Positions 1 to 22,895 of a stretch of DNA of 64,000 nt are shown here, one piece after another. The DNA comes from the human T2T-CHM13v2.0 reference genome, Homo sapiens. The stretch lies in NCBI RefSeq assembly GCF_009914755.1, contig NC_060948.1. One strand, written 5' to 3'. Both the position numbers and the translations under genes were made by a program. The notes beneath the pieces are model-generated. The model made no database searches. It had not been told where the DNA came from and saw only the letters and a list, made by a program, of their open reading frames with translations. Positions within the stretch are counted from its first letter, which is position 1. Every line of letters begins with the position of its first letter.

Positions 1-1137
<1,137 letters not shown>

Positions 1138-1708
1138 AGATCCATATTTTTTAAATGAAAAAAAATTTCAAAGGTACTCTGCTTGGTACAATAATCAAAT
1201 GTATAAACTGAGGAATAAAACATAACCATGAAACCTACTTATAACTGCATATGGAAAATACAGAGGATAATTTTTTAAATAACATATTTTGAAAGCCTTA
1301 ACTAGTAATTTGAAGAGTTGGTATTTGAAAGGCCAGTATGAATATACCTTCAAAGCAGCAACACAGGTTCCCCATGAGGAAAAGCAAACTCAGGGAAAAT
1401 AAAACCACAAAGGTTCAATCTCTTCTGACCTTTGAAAGACACAGCACAGACAGTGGTCCTTAGGACGAAGAGCAGGAGACCCCTAATTCCGTCACCATGG
1501 CGATAGGGCATAAACATTGCTGGGTGAGGGCACAATCCACATTGTGAGGTCCAACTGCTGCCAGGAAGACAGGAGTGCTTTTACATAGACCGAAAGGTCA
1601 TTGAAGGCTCAGAGTTTTGTTTCAAGAACTGAATCCCAAGCCCACACGTTATTAGGCTGCGCTTCTTAAAACAGGTTATGAGATGGGAAAAAGGGCACCC
1701 ACAAACAT
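1138..1708. repeat. HSATI component of the DYZ2 unit (representative copy; follows every complete Alu copy, 26 copies)
   Basis: ~570 bp of non-Alu, mixed-composition sequence between the Alu end and the AT tract, near-identical in all units. The HSATI label comes from the known DYZ2 structure; boundaries are approximate. Confidence 0.8.
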
Positions 1709-3553
<1,845 letters not shown>

Positions 3554-5658
3554 AGATCCATATTTTTTAAATGAAAAAAAATTTCAAAGGTACTCTGCTT
3601 GGTACAATAATCAAATGTATAAACTGAGGAATAAAACATAACCATGAAACCTACTTATAACTGCATGTGGAAAATACAGAGGATAATTTTTTAAATAACA
3701 TATTTTGAAAGCCTTAACTAGTAATTTGAAGAGTTGGCATTTGAAAGGCCAGTATGAATATACCTTCAAAGCAGCAACACAGGTTCCCCATGAGGAAAAG
3801 CAAACTCAGGGAAAATAAAACCACAAAGGTTCAATCTCTTCTGACCTTTGAAAGACACAGCACAGACAGTGGTCCTTAGGACGAAGAGCAGGAGACCCCT
3901 AATTCCGTCACCATGGCGATAGGGCATAAACATTGCTGGGTGAGGGCACAATCCACATTGTGAGGTCCAACTGCTGCCAGGAAGACAGGACTGCTTTTAC
4001 ATAGACCGAAAGGTCATTGAAGGCTCAGAGTTTTGTTTCAAGAACTGAATCCCAAGCCCACACGTTATTAGGCTGCGCTTCTTAAAACAGGTTATGAGAT
4101 GGGAAAAAGGGCACCCACAAACATACGTATACATTATGTATATAATAATATACAGTATCATATATATAATATATATAACCTATGTATAATATTGTTTTAC
4201 ATCCTGCATCTTATGTTATATATATTGTATAAAATATAATAATTGATAATATATAAGTATTATATTTATACAATATGGCATATAGTATATATTATAATTT
4301 ATGACATATATAATATATGTTATATATCATATATATAATATATTATATGGTTAATATACGTATTAAATATAAATTTTACATTATATATATTATATAAAAT
4401 ATATCTGATATATATAATACCCATTATGCATAATATATATATTATGTCTATGTTATATATAGTATAAAACAACACATAATAATATATAATTCTATATATA
4501 AAATGCGACATATAATATATATTATATTTTACGACATATGTAATATATATTATATATTATATATAATACGTTGTAGGTATAATTCCTATATTAAATATAT
4601 ATTATAGGACTATGTTATTAATTACATGTCACATATGTTATATATTATATATTTTACATAGAATATACCGGTTACATACAATATATACTATGTTACCTAT
4701 AATGTATAATTTATTACATGTAAAATAAAGATTGCAATATATTATGTATAATTTATAGTATACAATATGTGGATTGTGATATATATAACATATAATATAT
4801 GATATATGATATACAGTATATGATATATAACATGCAATATATGATACCTAATATATATGGTATACAATATATATTTTATGATATGTATTCTATATGTTTT
4901 ATATTCTGTTATATATAACTATTTGAAATTATATATAACTGTATAATATTTTATGTAAATATGTAATATAATATATATAACTATATAATATATTATATAT
5001 AACTATATATTATGTTATATATAGTTTTATAACATAATTTACATAAAATATCATAATATAATATATATTATATTATTTCATATTACATAATATATATTAC
5101 ATATCACCCAATATAAGTAACATACATAATATTATAATATAGATTATATTATGTTATATTAAATATCATATATATCATGTATCATATATTCTATAATATA
5201 TATTACACATTATATAATATGTATGTTGTCTATTATGTGATATATAGAACTATATATATAATTATATTATTATACATATAACTACATAAACATGTAATTC
5301 TAAATATTTTCATTTATAATATATAGAATTATATAATCATATATAATTATTTATATTCTATAAAAAATTATATCATTATATAAATTATAATATATAAAAA
5401 TTATAATATGTACTACAAATATATATATTATATATCATATATGATATAGTACCTTTGTTATATATCATAATACATATAAATGTGTATTATGTTATCTATA
5501 ATTATATAAATTCATATATAAGATGTATAATATGTATCATATATTATATATGTTATGTAATATATATAGTATATATAAGCTGACACAGGATAAATATTAT
5601 ATACTATGACATATAAAATATATGAGGTTATATGTTACATATAAGGCATAGCACATAA

Positions 5659-5973
<315 letters not shown>

Positions 5974-8078
5974 AGATCCATATTTTTTAAATGAAAAAAA
6001 ATTTCAAAGGTACTCTGCTTGGTACAATAATCAAATGTATAAACTGAGGAATAAAACATAACCATGAAACCTACTTATAACTGCATATGGAAAATACAGA
6101 GGATAATTTTTTAAATAACATATTTTGAAAGCCTTAACTAGTAATTTGAAGAGTTGGTATTTGAAAGGCCAGTATGAATATACCTTCAAAGCAGCAACAC
6201 AGGTTCCCCATGAGGAAAAGCAAACTCAGGGAAAATAAAACCACAAAGGTTCAATCTCTTCTGACCTTTGAAAGACACAGCACAGACAGTGGTCCTTAGG
6301 ACGAAGAGCAGGAGACCCCTAATTCCGTCACCATGGCGATAGGGCATAAACATTGCTGGGTGAGGGCACAATCCACATTGTGAGGTCCAACTGCTGCCAG
6401 GAAGACAGGACTGCTTTTACATAGACCGAAAGGTCATTGAAGGCTCAGAGTTTTGTTTCAAGAACTGAATCCCAAGCCCACACGTTATTAGGCTGCGCTT
6501 CTTAAAACAGGTTATGAGATGGGAAAAAGGGCACCCACAAACATACGTATACATTATGTATATAATAATATACAGTATCATATATATAATATATATAACC
6601 TATGTATAATATTGTTTTACATCCTGCATCTTATGTTATATATATTGTATAAAATATAATAATTGATAATATATAAGTATTATATTTATACAATATGGCA
6701 TATAGTATATATTATAATTTATGACATATATAATATATGTTATATATCATATATATAATATATTATATGGTTAATATACGTATTAAATATAAATTTTACA
6801 TTATATATATTATATAAAATATATCTGATATATATAATACCCATTATGCATAATATATATATTATGTCTATGTTATATATAGTATAAAACAACACATAAT
6901 AATATATAATTCTATATATAAAATGCGACATATAATATATATTATATTTTACGACATATGTAATATATATTATATATTATATATAATACGTTGTAGGTAT
7001 AATTCCTATATTAAATATATATTATAGGACTATGTTATTAATTACATGTCACATATGTTATATATTATATATTTTACATACAATATACCGGTTACATACA
7101 ATATATACTATGTTACCTATAATGTATAATTTATTACATGTAAAATAAAGATTGCAATATATTATGTATAATTTATAGTATACAATATGTGGATTGTGAT
7201 ATATATAACATATAATATATGATATATGATATACAGTATATGATATATAACATGCAATATATGATACCTAATATATATGGTATACAATATATATTTTATG
7301 ATATGTATTCTATATGTTTTATATTCTGTTATATATAACTATTTGAAATTATATATAACTGTATAATATTTTATGTAAATATGTAATATAATATATATAA
7401 CTATATAATATATTATATATAACTATATATTATGTTATATATAGTTTTATAACATAATTTACATAAAAAATCATAATATAATATATATTATATTATTTCA
7501 TATTACATAATATATATTACATATCACCCAATATAAGTAACATACATAATAATATAATATAGATTATATTATGTTATATTAAATATCATATATATCATGT
7601 ATCATATATTCTATAATATATATTACACATTATATAATATGTATGTTGTCTATTATGTGATATATAGAACTATATATATAATTATATTATTATACATATA
7701 ACTACATAAACATGTAATTCTAAATATTTTCATTTATAATATATAGAATTATATAATCATATATAATTATTTATATTCTATAAAAAATTATATCATTATA
7801 TAAATTATAATATATAAAAATTATAATATGTACTACAAATATATATATTATATATCATATATGATATAGTACCTTTGTTATATATCATAATACATATAAA
7901 TGTGTATTATGTTATCTATAATTATATAAATTCATATATAAGATGTATAATATGTATCATATATTATATATGTTATGTAATATATATAGTATATATAAGC
8001 TGACACAGGATAAATATTATATACTATGACATATAAAATATATGAGGTTATATGTTACATATAAGGCATAGCACATAA

Positions 8079-8393
<315 letters not shown>

Positions 8394-10494
8394 AGATCCA
8401 TATTTTTTAAATGAAAAAAAATTTCAAAGGTACTCTGCTTGGTACAATAATCAAATGTATAAACTGAGGAATAAAACATAACCATGAAACCTACTTATAA
8501 CTGCATATGGAAAATACAGAGGATAATTTTTTAAATAACATATTTTGAAAGCCTTAACTAGTAATTTGAAGAGTTGGTATTTGAAAGGCCAGTATGAATA
8601 TACCTTCAAAGCAGCAACACAGGTTCCCCATGAGGAAAAGCAAACTCAGGGAAAATAAAACCACAAAGGTTCAATCTCTTCTGACCTTTGAAAGACACAG
8701 CACAGACAGTGGTCCTTAGGACGAAGAGCAGGAGACCCCTAATTCCGTCACCATGGCGATAGGGCATAAACATTGCTGGGTGAGGGCACAATCCACATTG
8801 TGAGGTCCAACTGCTGCCAGGAAGACAGGAGTGCTTTTACATAGACCGAAAGGTCATTGAAGGCTCAGAGTTTTGTTTCAAGAACTGAATCCCAAGCCCA
8901 CACGTTATTAGGCTGCGCTTCTTAAAACAGGTTATGAGATGGGAAAAAGGGCACCCACAAACATACGTATACATTATGTATATAATAATATACAGTATCA
9001 TATATATAATATATATAACCTATGTATAATATTGTTTTACATCCTGCATCTTATGTTATATATATTGTATAAAATATAATAATTGATAATATATAAGTAT
9101 TATATTTATACAATATGGCATATAGTATATATTATAATTTATGACATATATAATATATGTTATATATCATATATAGAATATATTATATGGTTAATATACG
9201 TATTAAATATAAATTTTACATTATATATATTATATATAATATATCTGATATATATAATACCCATTATGCATAATATATATATTATGTCTATGTTATATAT
9301 AGTATAAAACAACACATAATAATATATAATTGTATATATAAAATGCGACATATAATATATATTATATTTTACGACATATGTAATATATATTATATATTAT
9401 ATATAATACGTTGTAGGTATAATTCCTATATTAAATATATATTATAGGACTATGTTATTAATTACATGTCACATATGTTATATATTATATATTTTACATA
9501 GAATATACCGGTTACATACAATATATACTATGTTACCTATAATGTATAATTTATTACATGTAAAATAAAGAATGCAATATATTATGTATAATTTATAATA
9601 TACAATATGTGGAATGTGATATATATAACATATAATATATGATATATGATATACAGTATATGATATATAACATACAATGTATGATACCTAATATATATGG
9701 TATACAATATATATTTTATGATATGTATTCTATATGTTTTATATTCTGCTATATATAACTATTTGAAATTATATATAACTGTATAATATTTTATGTAAAT
9801 ATGTAATATAATATATAACTATATAATATATTATATATAACTATATATTATGTTATATATACTTTTATAACATAATTTACATAAAATATCATAATATAAT
9901 ATATATTATATTATTTCATATTACATAATATATATTACATATCACCCAATATAAGTAACATACATAATATTATAATATAGATTATATTATGTTATATTAA
10001 ATATCATATATATCATGTATCATATATTCTATAGTATATATGATACATTATATAATATGTATGTTGTCTATTATGTGATATATATAACTATATATAATTA
10101 TATTATTATACATATTACTAGATAAACATGTAATTCTACATATTTTCATTTATAATATATAGAATTATATAATCATATATAATTATTTATATTCTATAAA
10201 AAATTATATCATTATATAAATTATAATATATAAAAATTATAATATGTACTACAAATATATATATTATATATCATATATGATATAGTACCTTTGTTATATA
10301 TCATAATACATATAAATGTGTATTATGTTATCTATAATTATATAATTTCATATATAAGATGTATAATATGTATTATATATTATATATGTTATGTAATATA
10401 TATAGTATATATAAGATGACACAGGATAAATATTATATACTATGACATATAAAATATATGAGGTTATATGTTACATATAAGGCATAGCACATAA

Positions 10495-10809
<315 letters not shown>

Positions 10810-12908
10810 AGATCCATATTTTTTAAATGAAAAAAAATTTCAAAGGTACTCTGCTTGGTACAATAATCAAATGTATAAACTGAGGAATAAAACATAACCA
10901 TGAAACCTACTTATAACTGCATATGGAAAATACAGAGGATAATTTTTTAAATAACATATTTTGAAAGCCTTAACTAGTAATTTGAAGAGTTGGCATTTGA
11001 AAGGCCAGTATGAATATACCTTCAAAGCAGCAACACAGGTTCCCCATGAGAAAAAGCAAACTCAGGGAAAATAAAACCACAAAGGTTCAATCTCTTCTGA
11101 CCTTTGAAAGACACAGCACAGACAGTGGTCCTTAGGACGAAGAGCAGGAGACCCCTAATTCCGTCACCATGGCGATAGGGCATAAACATTGCTGGGTGAG
11201 GGCACAATCCACATTGTGAGGTCCAACTGCTGCCAGGAAGACAGGAGTGCTTTTACATAGACCGAAAGGTCATTGAAGGCTCAGAGTTTTGTTTCAAGAA
11301 CTGAATCCCAAGCCCACACGTTATTAGGCTGCGCTTCTTAAAACAGGTTATGAGATGGGAAAAAGGGCACCCACAAACATACGTATACATTATGTATATA
11401 ATAATATACAGTATCATATATATAATATATATAACCTATGTATAATATTGTTTTACATCCTGCATCTTATGTTATATATATTGTATAAAATATAATAATT
11501 GATAATATATAAGTATTATATTTATACAATATGGCATATAGTATATATTATAATTTATGACATATATAATATATGTTATATATCATATATAGAATATATT
11601 ATACGGTTAATATACGTATTAAATATAAATTTTACATTATATATATTATATATAATATATCTGATATATATAATACCCATTATGCATAATATATATATTA
11701 TGTCTATGTTATATATAGTATAAAACAACACATAATAATATATAATTGTATATATAAAATGCGACATATAATATATATTATATTTTACGACATATGTAAT
11801 ATATATTATATATTATATATAATACGTTGTAGGTATAATTCCTATATTAAATATATATTATAGGACTATGTTATTAATTACATGTCACATATGTTATATA
11901 TTATATATTTTACATAGAATATACCGGTTACATACAATATATACTATGTTACCTATAATGTATAATTTATTACATGTAAAATAAAGAATGCAATATATTA
12001 TGTATAATTTATAATATACAATATGTGGAATGTGATATATATAACATATAATATATGATATATGATATACAGTATATGATATATAACATACAATGTATGA
12101 TACCTAATATATATGGTATACAATATATATTTTATGATATGTATTCTATATGTTTTATATTCTGATATATATAACTATTTGAAATTATATATAACTGTAT
12201 AATATTTTATGTAAATATGTAATATAATATATAACTATATAATATATTATATATAACTATATATTATGTTATATATACTTTTATAACATAATTTACATAA
12301 AATATCATAATATAATATATATTATATTATTTCATATTACATAATATATATTACATATCACCCAATATAAGTAACATACATAATATTATAATATAGATTA
12401 TATTATGTTATATTAAATATCATATATATCATGTATCATATATTCTATAATATATATGATACATTATATAATATGTATGCTGTCTATTATGTGATATATA
12501 TAACTATATATAATTATATTATTATACATATTACTAGATAAACGTAATTCTACATATTTTCATTTATAATATATAGAATTATATAATCATATATAATTAT
12601 TTATATTCTATAAAAAATTATATCATTATATAAATTATAATATATAAAAATTATAATATGTACTACAAATATATATATTATATATCATATATGATATAGT
12701 ACCTTTGTTATATATCATAATACATATAAATGTGTATTATGTTATCTATAATTATATAATTTCATATATAAGATGTATAATATGTATTATATATTATATA
12801 TGTTATGTAATATATATAGTATATATAAGATGACACAGGATAAATATTATATACTATGACATATAAAATATATGAGGTTATATGTTACATATAAGGCATA
12901 GCACATAA

Positions 12909-13223
<315 letters not shown>

Positions 13224-15324
13224 AGATCCATATTTTTTAAATGAAAAAAAATTTCAAAGGTACTCTGCTTGGTACAATAATCAAATGTATAAACTGAGGA
13301 ATAAAACATAACCATGAAACCTACTTATAACTGCATATGGAAAATACAGAGGATAATTTTTTAAATAACATATTTTGAAAGCCTTAACTAGTAATTTGAA
13401 GAGTTGGTATTTGAAAGGCCAGTATGAATATACCTTCAAAGCAGCAACACAGGTTCCCCATGAGGAAAAGCAAACTCAGGGAAAATAAAACCACAAAGGT
13501 TCAATCTCTTCTGACCTTTGAAAGACACAGCACAGACAGTGGTCCTTAGGACGAAGAGCAGGAGACCCCTAATTCCGTCACCATGGCGATAGGGCATAAA
13601 CATTGCTGGGTGAGGGCACAATCCACATTGTGAGGTCCAACTGCTGCCAGGAAGACAGGAGTGCTTTTACATAGACCGAAAGGTCATTGAAGGCTCAGAG
13701 TTTTGTTTCAAGAACTGAATCCCAAGCCCACACGTTATTAGGCTGCGCTTCTTAAAACAAGTTATGAGATGGGAAAAAGGGCACCTACAAACATACGTAT
13801 ACATTATGTATATAATAATATACAGTATCATATATATAATATATATAACCCATGTATAATATTGTTTTACATCCTGCATCTTATATTATATATATTGTAT
13901 AAAATATAATAATTGATAATATATAAATTTTATATTTATACAATATGACATATAGTATATATTATAATTTATTACATATATAATATATGTTATATATCAT
14001 ATATAGAATATATTATACGGTTAATATACGTATTAAATATAAATTATACATTATATATATTATATATAATATATCTGCTATATATAATACCCATTGTGCA
14101 TAATATATATATTATGTCTATGTTATATATAGTATAAAACAACATATAATAATATATAATTGTATATATAAAACGCGACATATAATATATATTATATTTT
14201 ATGACATATGTAATATATATTATATATTATATATAATACGTTGTATGTATAATACCTATATTAAATATAAATTATATGACTATGTTATTAATTACATGTC
14301 ACATATGTTATATATTATATATTTTACATAGAATATACCGGTTACATACAATATATACTATGTTACCTATAATGTATAATTTATTACATGTAAAATAAAG
14401 AATGCAATATATTATGTATAATTTATAATATACAATATGTGGAATGTGATATATATAACATATAATATATGATATATGATATACAGTATATGATATATAA
14501 CATACAATATATGATACCTAATATATATGGTATACAATATATATTTTATGATATGTATACTATATGTTTTATATTCTGTTATATATAACTATTTGAAATT
14601 ATATATAACTGTATAATATTTTATGTAAATATGTAATATAATATATAACTATATAATATATTATATATAACTATATATTATGTTATATATACTTTTATAA
14701 CATAATTTACATAAAATATCATAATATAATATATATTATATTATTTCATATTACATAATATATATTACATATCACCCAATATAAGTAACATACATAATAT
14801 TATAATATAGATTATATTATGTTATATTAAATATCATATATATCATGTATCATATATTCTATAATATATATGATACATTATATAATATGTATGTTGTCTA
14901 TTATGTGATATATATAACTATATATAATTATATTATTATACATATTACTAGATAAACATGTAATTCTACATATTTTCATTTATAATATATAGAATTATAT
15001 AATCATATATAATTATTTATATTCTATAAAAAATTATATCATTATATAAATTATAATATATAAAAATTATAATATATACTACAAATATATATATTATATA
15101 TCATATATGATATAGTACCTTTGTTATATATCATAATACATATAAATGTGTATTATGTTATCTATAATTATATAATTTCATATATAAGATGTATAATATG
15201 TATTATATATTATATATGTTATGTAATATATATAGTATATATAAGATGACACAGGATAAATATTATATACTATGACATATAAAATATATGAGGTTATATG
15301 TTACATATAAGGCATAGCACATAA

Positions 15325-15639
<315 letters not shown>

Positions 15640-17767
15640 AGATCCATATTTTTTAAATGAAAAAAAATTTCAAAGGTACTCTGCTTGGTACAATAATCAA
15701 ATGTATAAACTGAGGAATAAAACATAACCATGAAACCTACTTATAACTGCATATGGAAAATACAGAGGATAATTTTTTAAATAACATATTTTGAAAGCCT
15801 TAACTAGTAATTTGAAGAGTTGGCATTTGAAAGGCCAGTATGAATATACCTTCAAAGCAGCAACACAGGTTCCCCATGAGAAAAAGCAAACTCAGGGAAA
15901 ATAAAACCACAAAGGTTCAATCTCTTCTGACCTTTGAAAGACACAGCACAGACAGTGGTCCTTAGGACGAAGAGCAGGAGACCCCTAATTCCGTCACCAT
16001 GGCGATAGGGCATAAACATTGCTGGGTGAGGGCACAATCCACATTGTGAGGTCCAACTGCTGCCAGGAAGACAGGAGTGCTTTTACATAGACCGAAAGGT
16101 CATTGAAGGCTCAGAGTTTTGTTTCAAGAACTGAATCCCAAGCCCACACGTTATTAGGCTGCGCTTCTTAAAACAAGTTATGAGATGGGAAAAAGGGCAC
16201 CCACAAACATACGTATACATTATGTATATAATAATATACAGTATCATATATATAATATATATAACCTATGTATAATATTGTTTTATATCCTGCATCTTAT
16301 ATTATATATATTGTATAAAATGTAATAATTGATAAAATATAAGTTTTATATTTATACAATATGACATATAGTATATATTATAATTTATGACATATATAAT
16401 ATATGTTATATATCATATATAGAATATATTATACGGTTAATATACGTATTAAATATAAATTATACATTATATATATTATATAAAATATATCTGTTATATA
16501 TAATACCCATTATGCATAATATATATATTATGTCTATGTTATATATACTATAAAACAACATATAATAATATATAACTGTATATATAAAATGCGACATATA
16601 ATATATATTATATTTTATGACATATGTAATATATATTATATATTATATATAATACGTTGTATGTATAATACCTATATTAAATATATATTATATGACTATG
16701 TTATTAATTACATGTCACATATGTTATATATTATATATTTTACATAGAATATACCGGTTACATACAATATATACTATGTTACCTATAATGTATAATTGAT
16801 TACATGTAAAATAAAGAATGCAATATATTATGTATAATTTATAATATACAATATGTGGAATGTGATATATATAACATATAATATATGATATATGATATAC
16901 AGTATATGATATATAACATACAATATATGATACCTGATATATATGGTATACAATATATATTTTATGATATGTATTCTCTATGTTTTATATTCTTTTATAT
17001 ATAACTATTTGAAATTATATATAACTGTATAATATTTTATGTAAATATGTAATATAATATATATAACTATATAATATTTTATATATAACTATATATTATG
17101 TTATATATACTTTTATAACATAATTTACATAAAATATCATAATATAATATATATTATATTATTTCATATTACATAATATACATTCCATATGACCCAATAT
17201 AAGTAACATACATAATATTATAATATAGATTATATTATGTTATATTAAATTTCATATATATCATGTATCATATATTCCATAATATATATTATACATTATA
17301 TAATATGTATGTTGTCTATTATGTGATATATATAACTAAATATATAATTATATTGTGATACATATAACTAGATAAACATGTAATTCTACATATTTTCATT
17401 TATAATATATAAAATTATATAATCATATATAATTATTTATATTCTATAAAAAATTATATCATTATATAAATTATAATATATAAAAATCATAATATGTCCT
17501 ACAAAAATATATATTATATATCATATATGATATAGTACCTTTGTTATATATCATAATACATATAAATGTGTATTATGTTATCTATAATTATATAATTTCA
17601 TATATAAGATGTATAATATATATTATATATTATATATGTTATGTAATATATATAGTATATATAAGATGTCACAGGATAAATATTATATACTATGACATAT
17701 AAAATATATGAGGTTATATGTTACATATAAGGCATAGCACATAACATGTAATATATATCATCTATAA

Positions 17768-18059
<292 letters not shown>

Positions 18060-20164
18060 AGATCCATATTTTTTAAATGAAAAAAAATTTCAAAGGTACT
18101 CTGCTTGGTACAATAATCAAATGTATAAACTGAGGAATAAAACATAACCATGAAACCTACTTATAACTGCATATGGAAAATACAGAGGATAATTTTTTAA
18201 ATAACATATTTTGAAAGCCTTAACTAGTAAATTGAAGAGTTGGCATTTGAAAGGCCAGTATGAATATACCTTCAAAGCAGCAACACAGGTTCCCCATGAG
18301 AAAAAGCAAACTCAGGGAAAATAAAACCACAAAGGTTCAATCTCTTCTGACCTTTGAAAGACACAGCACAGACAGTGGTCCTTAGGACGAAGAGCAGGAG
18401 ACCCCTAATTCCGTCACCATGGCGATAGGGCATAAACATTGCTGGGTGAGGGCACAATCCACATTGTGAGGTCCAACTGCTGCCAGGAAGACAGGAGTGC
18501 TTTTACATAGACCGAAAGGTCATTGAAGGCTCAGAGTTTTGTTTCAAGAACTGAATCCCAAGCCCACACGTTATTAGGCTGCGCTTCTTAAAACAAGTTA
18601 TGAGATGGGAAAAAGGGCACCCACAAACATACGTATACATTATGTATATAATAATATACAGTATCATATATATAATATATATAACCTATGTATAATATTG
18701 TTTTACATAATGCATCTTATATTATATATATTGTATAAAATATAATAATTGATAATATATAAGTTTCATATTTATACAATATGACATATAGTATATATTA
18801 TAATTTATGACATATATAATATATGTTATATATCATATATAGAATATATTATACTGTTAATATACGTATTAAATATAAATTATACATTATATATATTATA
18901 TATAATATATCTGTTATATATAATACCCATTATGCATAATATATATATTATATCTATGTTATATATAGTATAAAACAACATATAATAATATATAATTGTA
19001 TATATAAAATGCGACATATAATATATATTATATTTTATGACATATGTAATATATATTATATATTATATATAATACGTGGTATGTATAATACCTATATTAA
19101 ATATATATTATATGACTATGTTATTAATTACATGTCACATATGTTATATATTATATATTTTACATAGAATATACCGGTTACATACAATATATACTATGTT
19201 ACCTATAATGTATAATTGATTACATGTAAAATAAAGAATGCAATATATTATGTATAATTTATAATATACAATATGTGGAATGTGATATATATAACATATA
19301 ATATATGATATATGATATACAGTATATGATATATAACATACAATATATGATACCTAATATATATGGTATACAATATATATTTTATGTTATGTATTCTATA
19401 TGTTTTATATTCTGTTATATATAACTATTTGAAATTATATATAACTGTATAATATTTTATGTAAATATGTAATATAATATATATAACTATAAAATATATT
19501 ATATATAACTATATATTATGTTATATATACTTTTATAACATAATTTACATAAAATATCATAATATAATATATATTATATTATTTCACATTACATAATATA
19601 TATTACATATCACCCAATATAAGTAACATACATAATATTATAATATAGATTATATTATGTTATATTAAATATCATATATATCATGTATCATATATTCTAT
19701 AATATATATTATACATTATATAATATGTATGTTGTCCATTATGTGATATATATAACTATATATATAATTATATTATTATACATATAACTAGATAAACATG
19801 TAATTCTACATATTTTCATTTATAATATATAGAATTATATAATCATATATAATTATTTATATTCTATAAAAAATTATATCATTATATAAATTATAATATA
19901 TAAAAATTATAAGATGTACTACAAATATATATATTATATATCATATATGATATAGTACCTTTGTTATATATCATAATACATATAAATGTGTATTATGTTA
20001 TCTATAATTTTATAATTTCATATATAAGATGTATAATATGTATTATATATTGTATATGTTATGTAATATATATAGTATATATAAGCTGACACAGGATAAA
20101 TATTATATACTATGACATATAAAATATATGAGGTTATATGTTACATATAAGGCATAGCACATAA

Positions 20165-20479
<315 letters not shown>

Positions 20480-22580
20480 AGATCCATATTTTTTAAATGA
20501 AAAAAAATTTCAAAGGTACTCTGCTTGGTACAATAATCAAATGTATAAACTGAGGAATAAAACATAACCATGAAACCTACTTATAACTGCATATGGAAAA
20601 TACAGAGGATAATTTTTTAAATAACATATTTTGAAAGCCTTAACTAGTAATTTGAAGAGTTGGCATTTGAAAGGCCAGTATGAATATACCTTCAAAGCAG
20701 CAACACAGGTTCCCCATGAGAAAAAGCAAACTCAGGGAAAATAAAACCACAAAGGTTCAATCTCTTCTGACCTTTGAAAGACACAGCACAGACAGTGGTC
20801 CTTAGGACGAAGAGCAGGAGACCCCTAATTCCGTCACCATGGCGATAGGGCATAAACATTGCTGGGTGAGGGCACAATCCACATTGTGAGGTCCAACTGC
20901 TGCCAGGAAGACAGGAGTGCTTTTACATAGACCGAAAGGTCATTGAAGGCTCAGAGTTTTGTTTCAAGAACTGAATCCCAAGCCCACACGTTATTAGGCT
21001 GCGCTTCTTAAAACAAGTTATGAGATGGGAAAAAGGGCACCTACAAACATACGTATACATTATGTATATAATAATATACAGTATCATATATATAATATAT
21101 ATAACCCATGTATAATATTGTTTTACATCCTGCATCTTATATTATATATATTGTATAAAATATAATAATTGATAATATATAAGTTTTATATTTATACAAT
21201 ATGACATATAGTATATATTATAATTTATGACATATATAATATATGTTATATATCATATATAGAATATATTATACGGTTAATATACGTATTAAATATAAAT
21301 TATACATTATATATATTATATATAATATATCTGCTATATATAATACCCATTGTGCATAATATATATATTATGTCTATGTTATATAATATAAAACAACATA
21401 TAATAATATATAATTGTATATATAAAACGCGACATATAATATATATTATATTTTATGACATATGTAATATATATTATATATTATATATAATACGTTGTAT
21501 GTATAATACCTATATTAAATATAAATTATATGACTATGTTATTAATTACATGTCACATATGTTATATATTATATATTTTACATAGAATATACCGGTTACA
21601 TACAATATATACTATGTTACCTATAATGTATAATTTATTACATGTAAAATAAAGAATGCAATATATTATGTATAATTTATAATATACAATATGTGGAATG
21701 TGATATATATAACATATAATATATGATATATGATATACAGTATATGATATATAACATACAATATATGATACCTAATATATATGGTATACAATATATATTT
21801 TATGATATGTATTCTATATGTTTTATATTCTGATATATATAACTATTTGAAATTATATATAACTGTATAATATTTTATGTAAATATGTAATATAATATAT
21901 AACTATATAATATATTATATATAACTATATATTATGTTATATATACTTTTATAACATAATTTACATAAAATATCATAATATAATATATATTATATTATTT
22001 CACATTACATAACATATATTACATATCACCCAATATAAGTAACATACATAATATTATAATATAGATTATATTATGTTATATTAAATATCATATATATCAT
22101 GTATCATATATTCTATAATATATATTATACATTATATAATATGTATGTTGTCCATTATGTGATATATATAACTATATATATAATTATATTATTATACATA
22201 TAACTAGATAAACATGTAATTCTACATATTTTCATTTATAATATATAGAATTATATAATCATATATAATTATTTATATTCTATAAAAAATTATATCATTA
22301 TATAAATTATAATATATAAAAATTATAAGATGTACTACAAATATATATATTATATATCATATATGATATAGTACCTTTGTTATATATCATAATACATATA
22401 AATGTGTATTATGTTATCTATAATTTTATAATTTCATATATAAGATGTATAATATGTATTATATATTGTATATGTTATGTAATATATATAGTATATATAA
22501 GCTGACACAGGATAAATATTATATACTATGACATATAAAATATATGAGGTTATATGTTACATATAAGGCATAGCACATAA

Positions 22581-22895
<315 letters not shown>

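Noticed and set aside
1350-1535. 61-aa minus-strand ORF (MCPHPAMF...) open in all 26 HSATI copies
   Set aside because: It begins at a GTG, resembles no protein family I recognise, and its variants are mostly amino-acid changing. Persistence is expected from near-identical recent copies and is not evidence of selection.
1210-1605. AATAAA signals, nuclear-receptor half-sites (TGACCTTT/AAAGGTCA) and a TCF-like CTTTGAA in HSATI
   Set aside because: Short motifs expected by chance, with no gene context or other support.
13667-13879. 70-aa MQDVKQ ORF (units 6 and 9-17) and 71-aa MCFYFP ORF (units 21-26)
   Set aside because: Each is opened by a single stop-removing substitution that marks a subfamily. 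They are useful haplotype markers, not genes.
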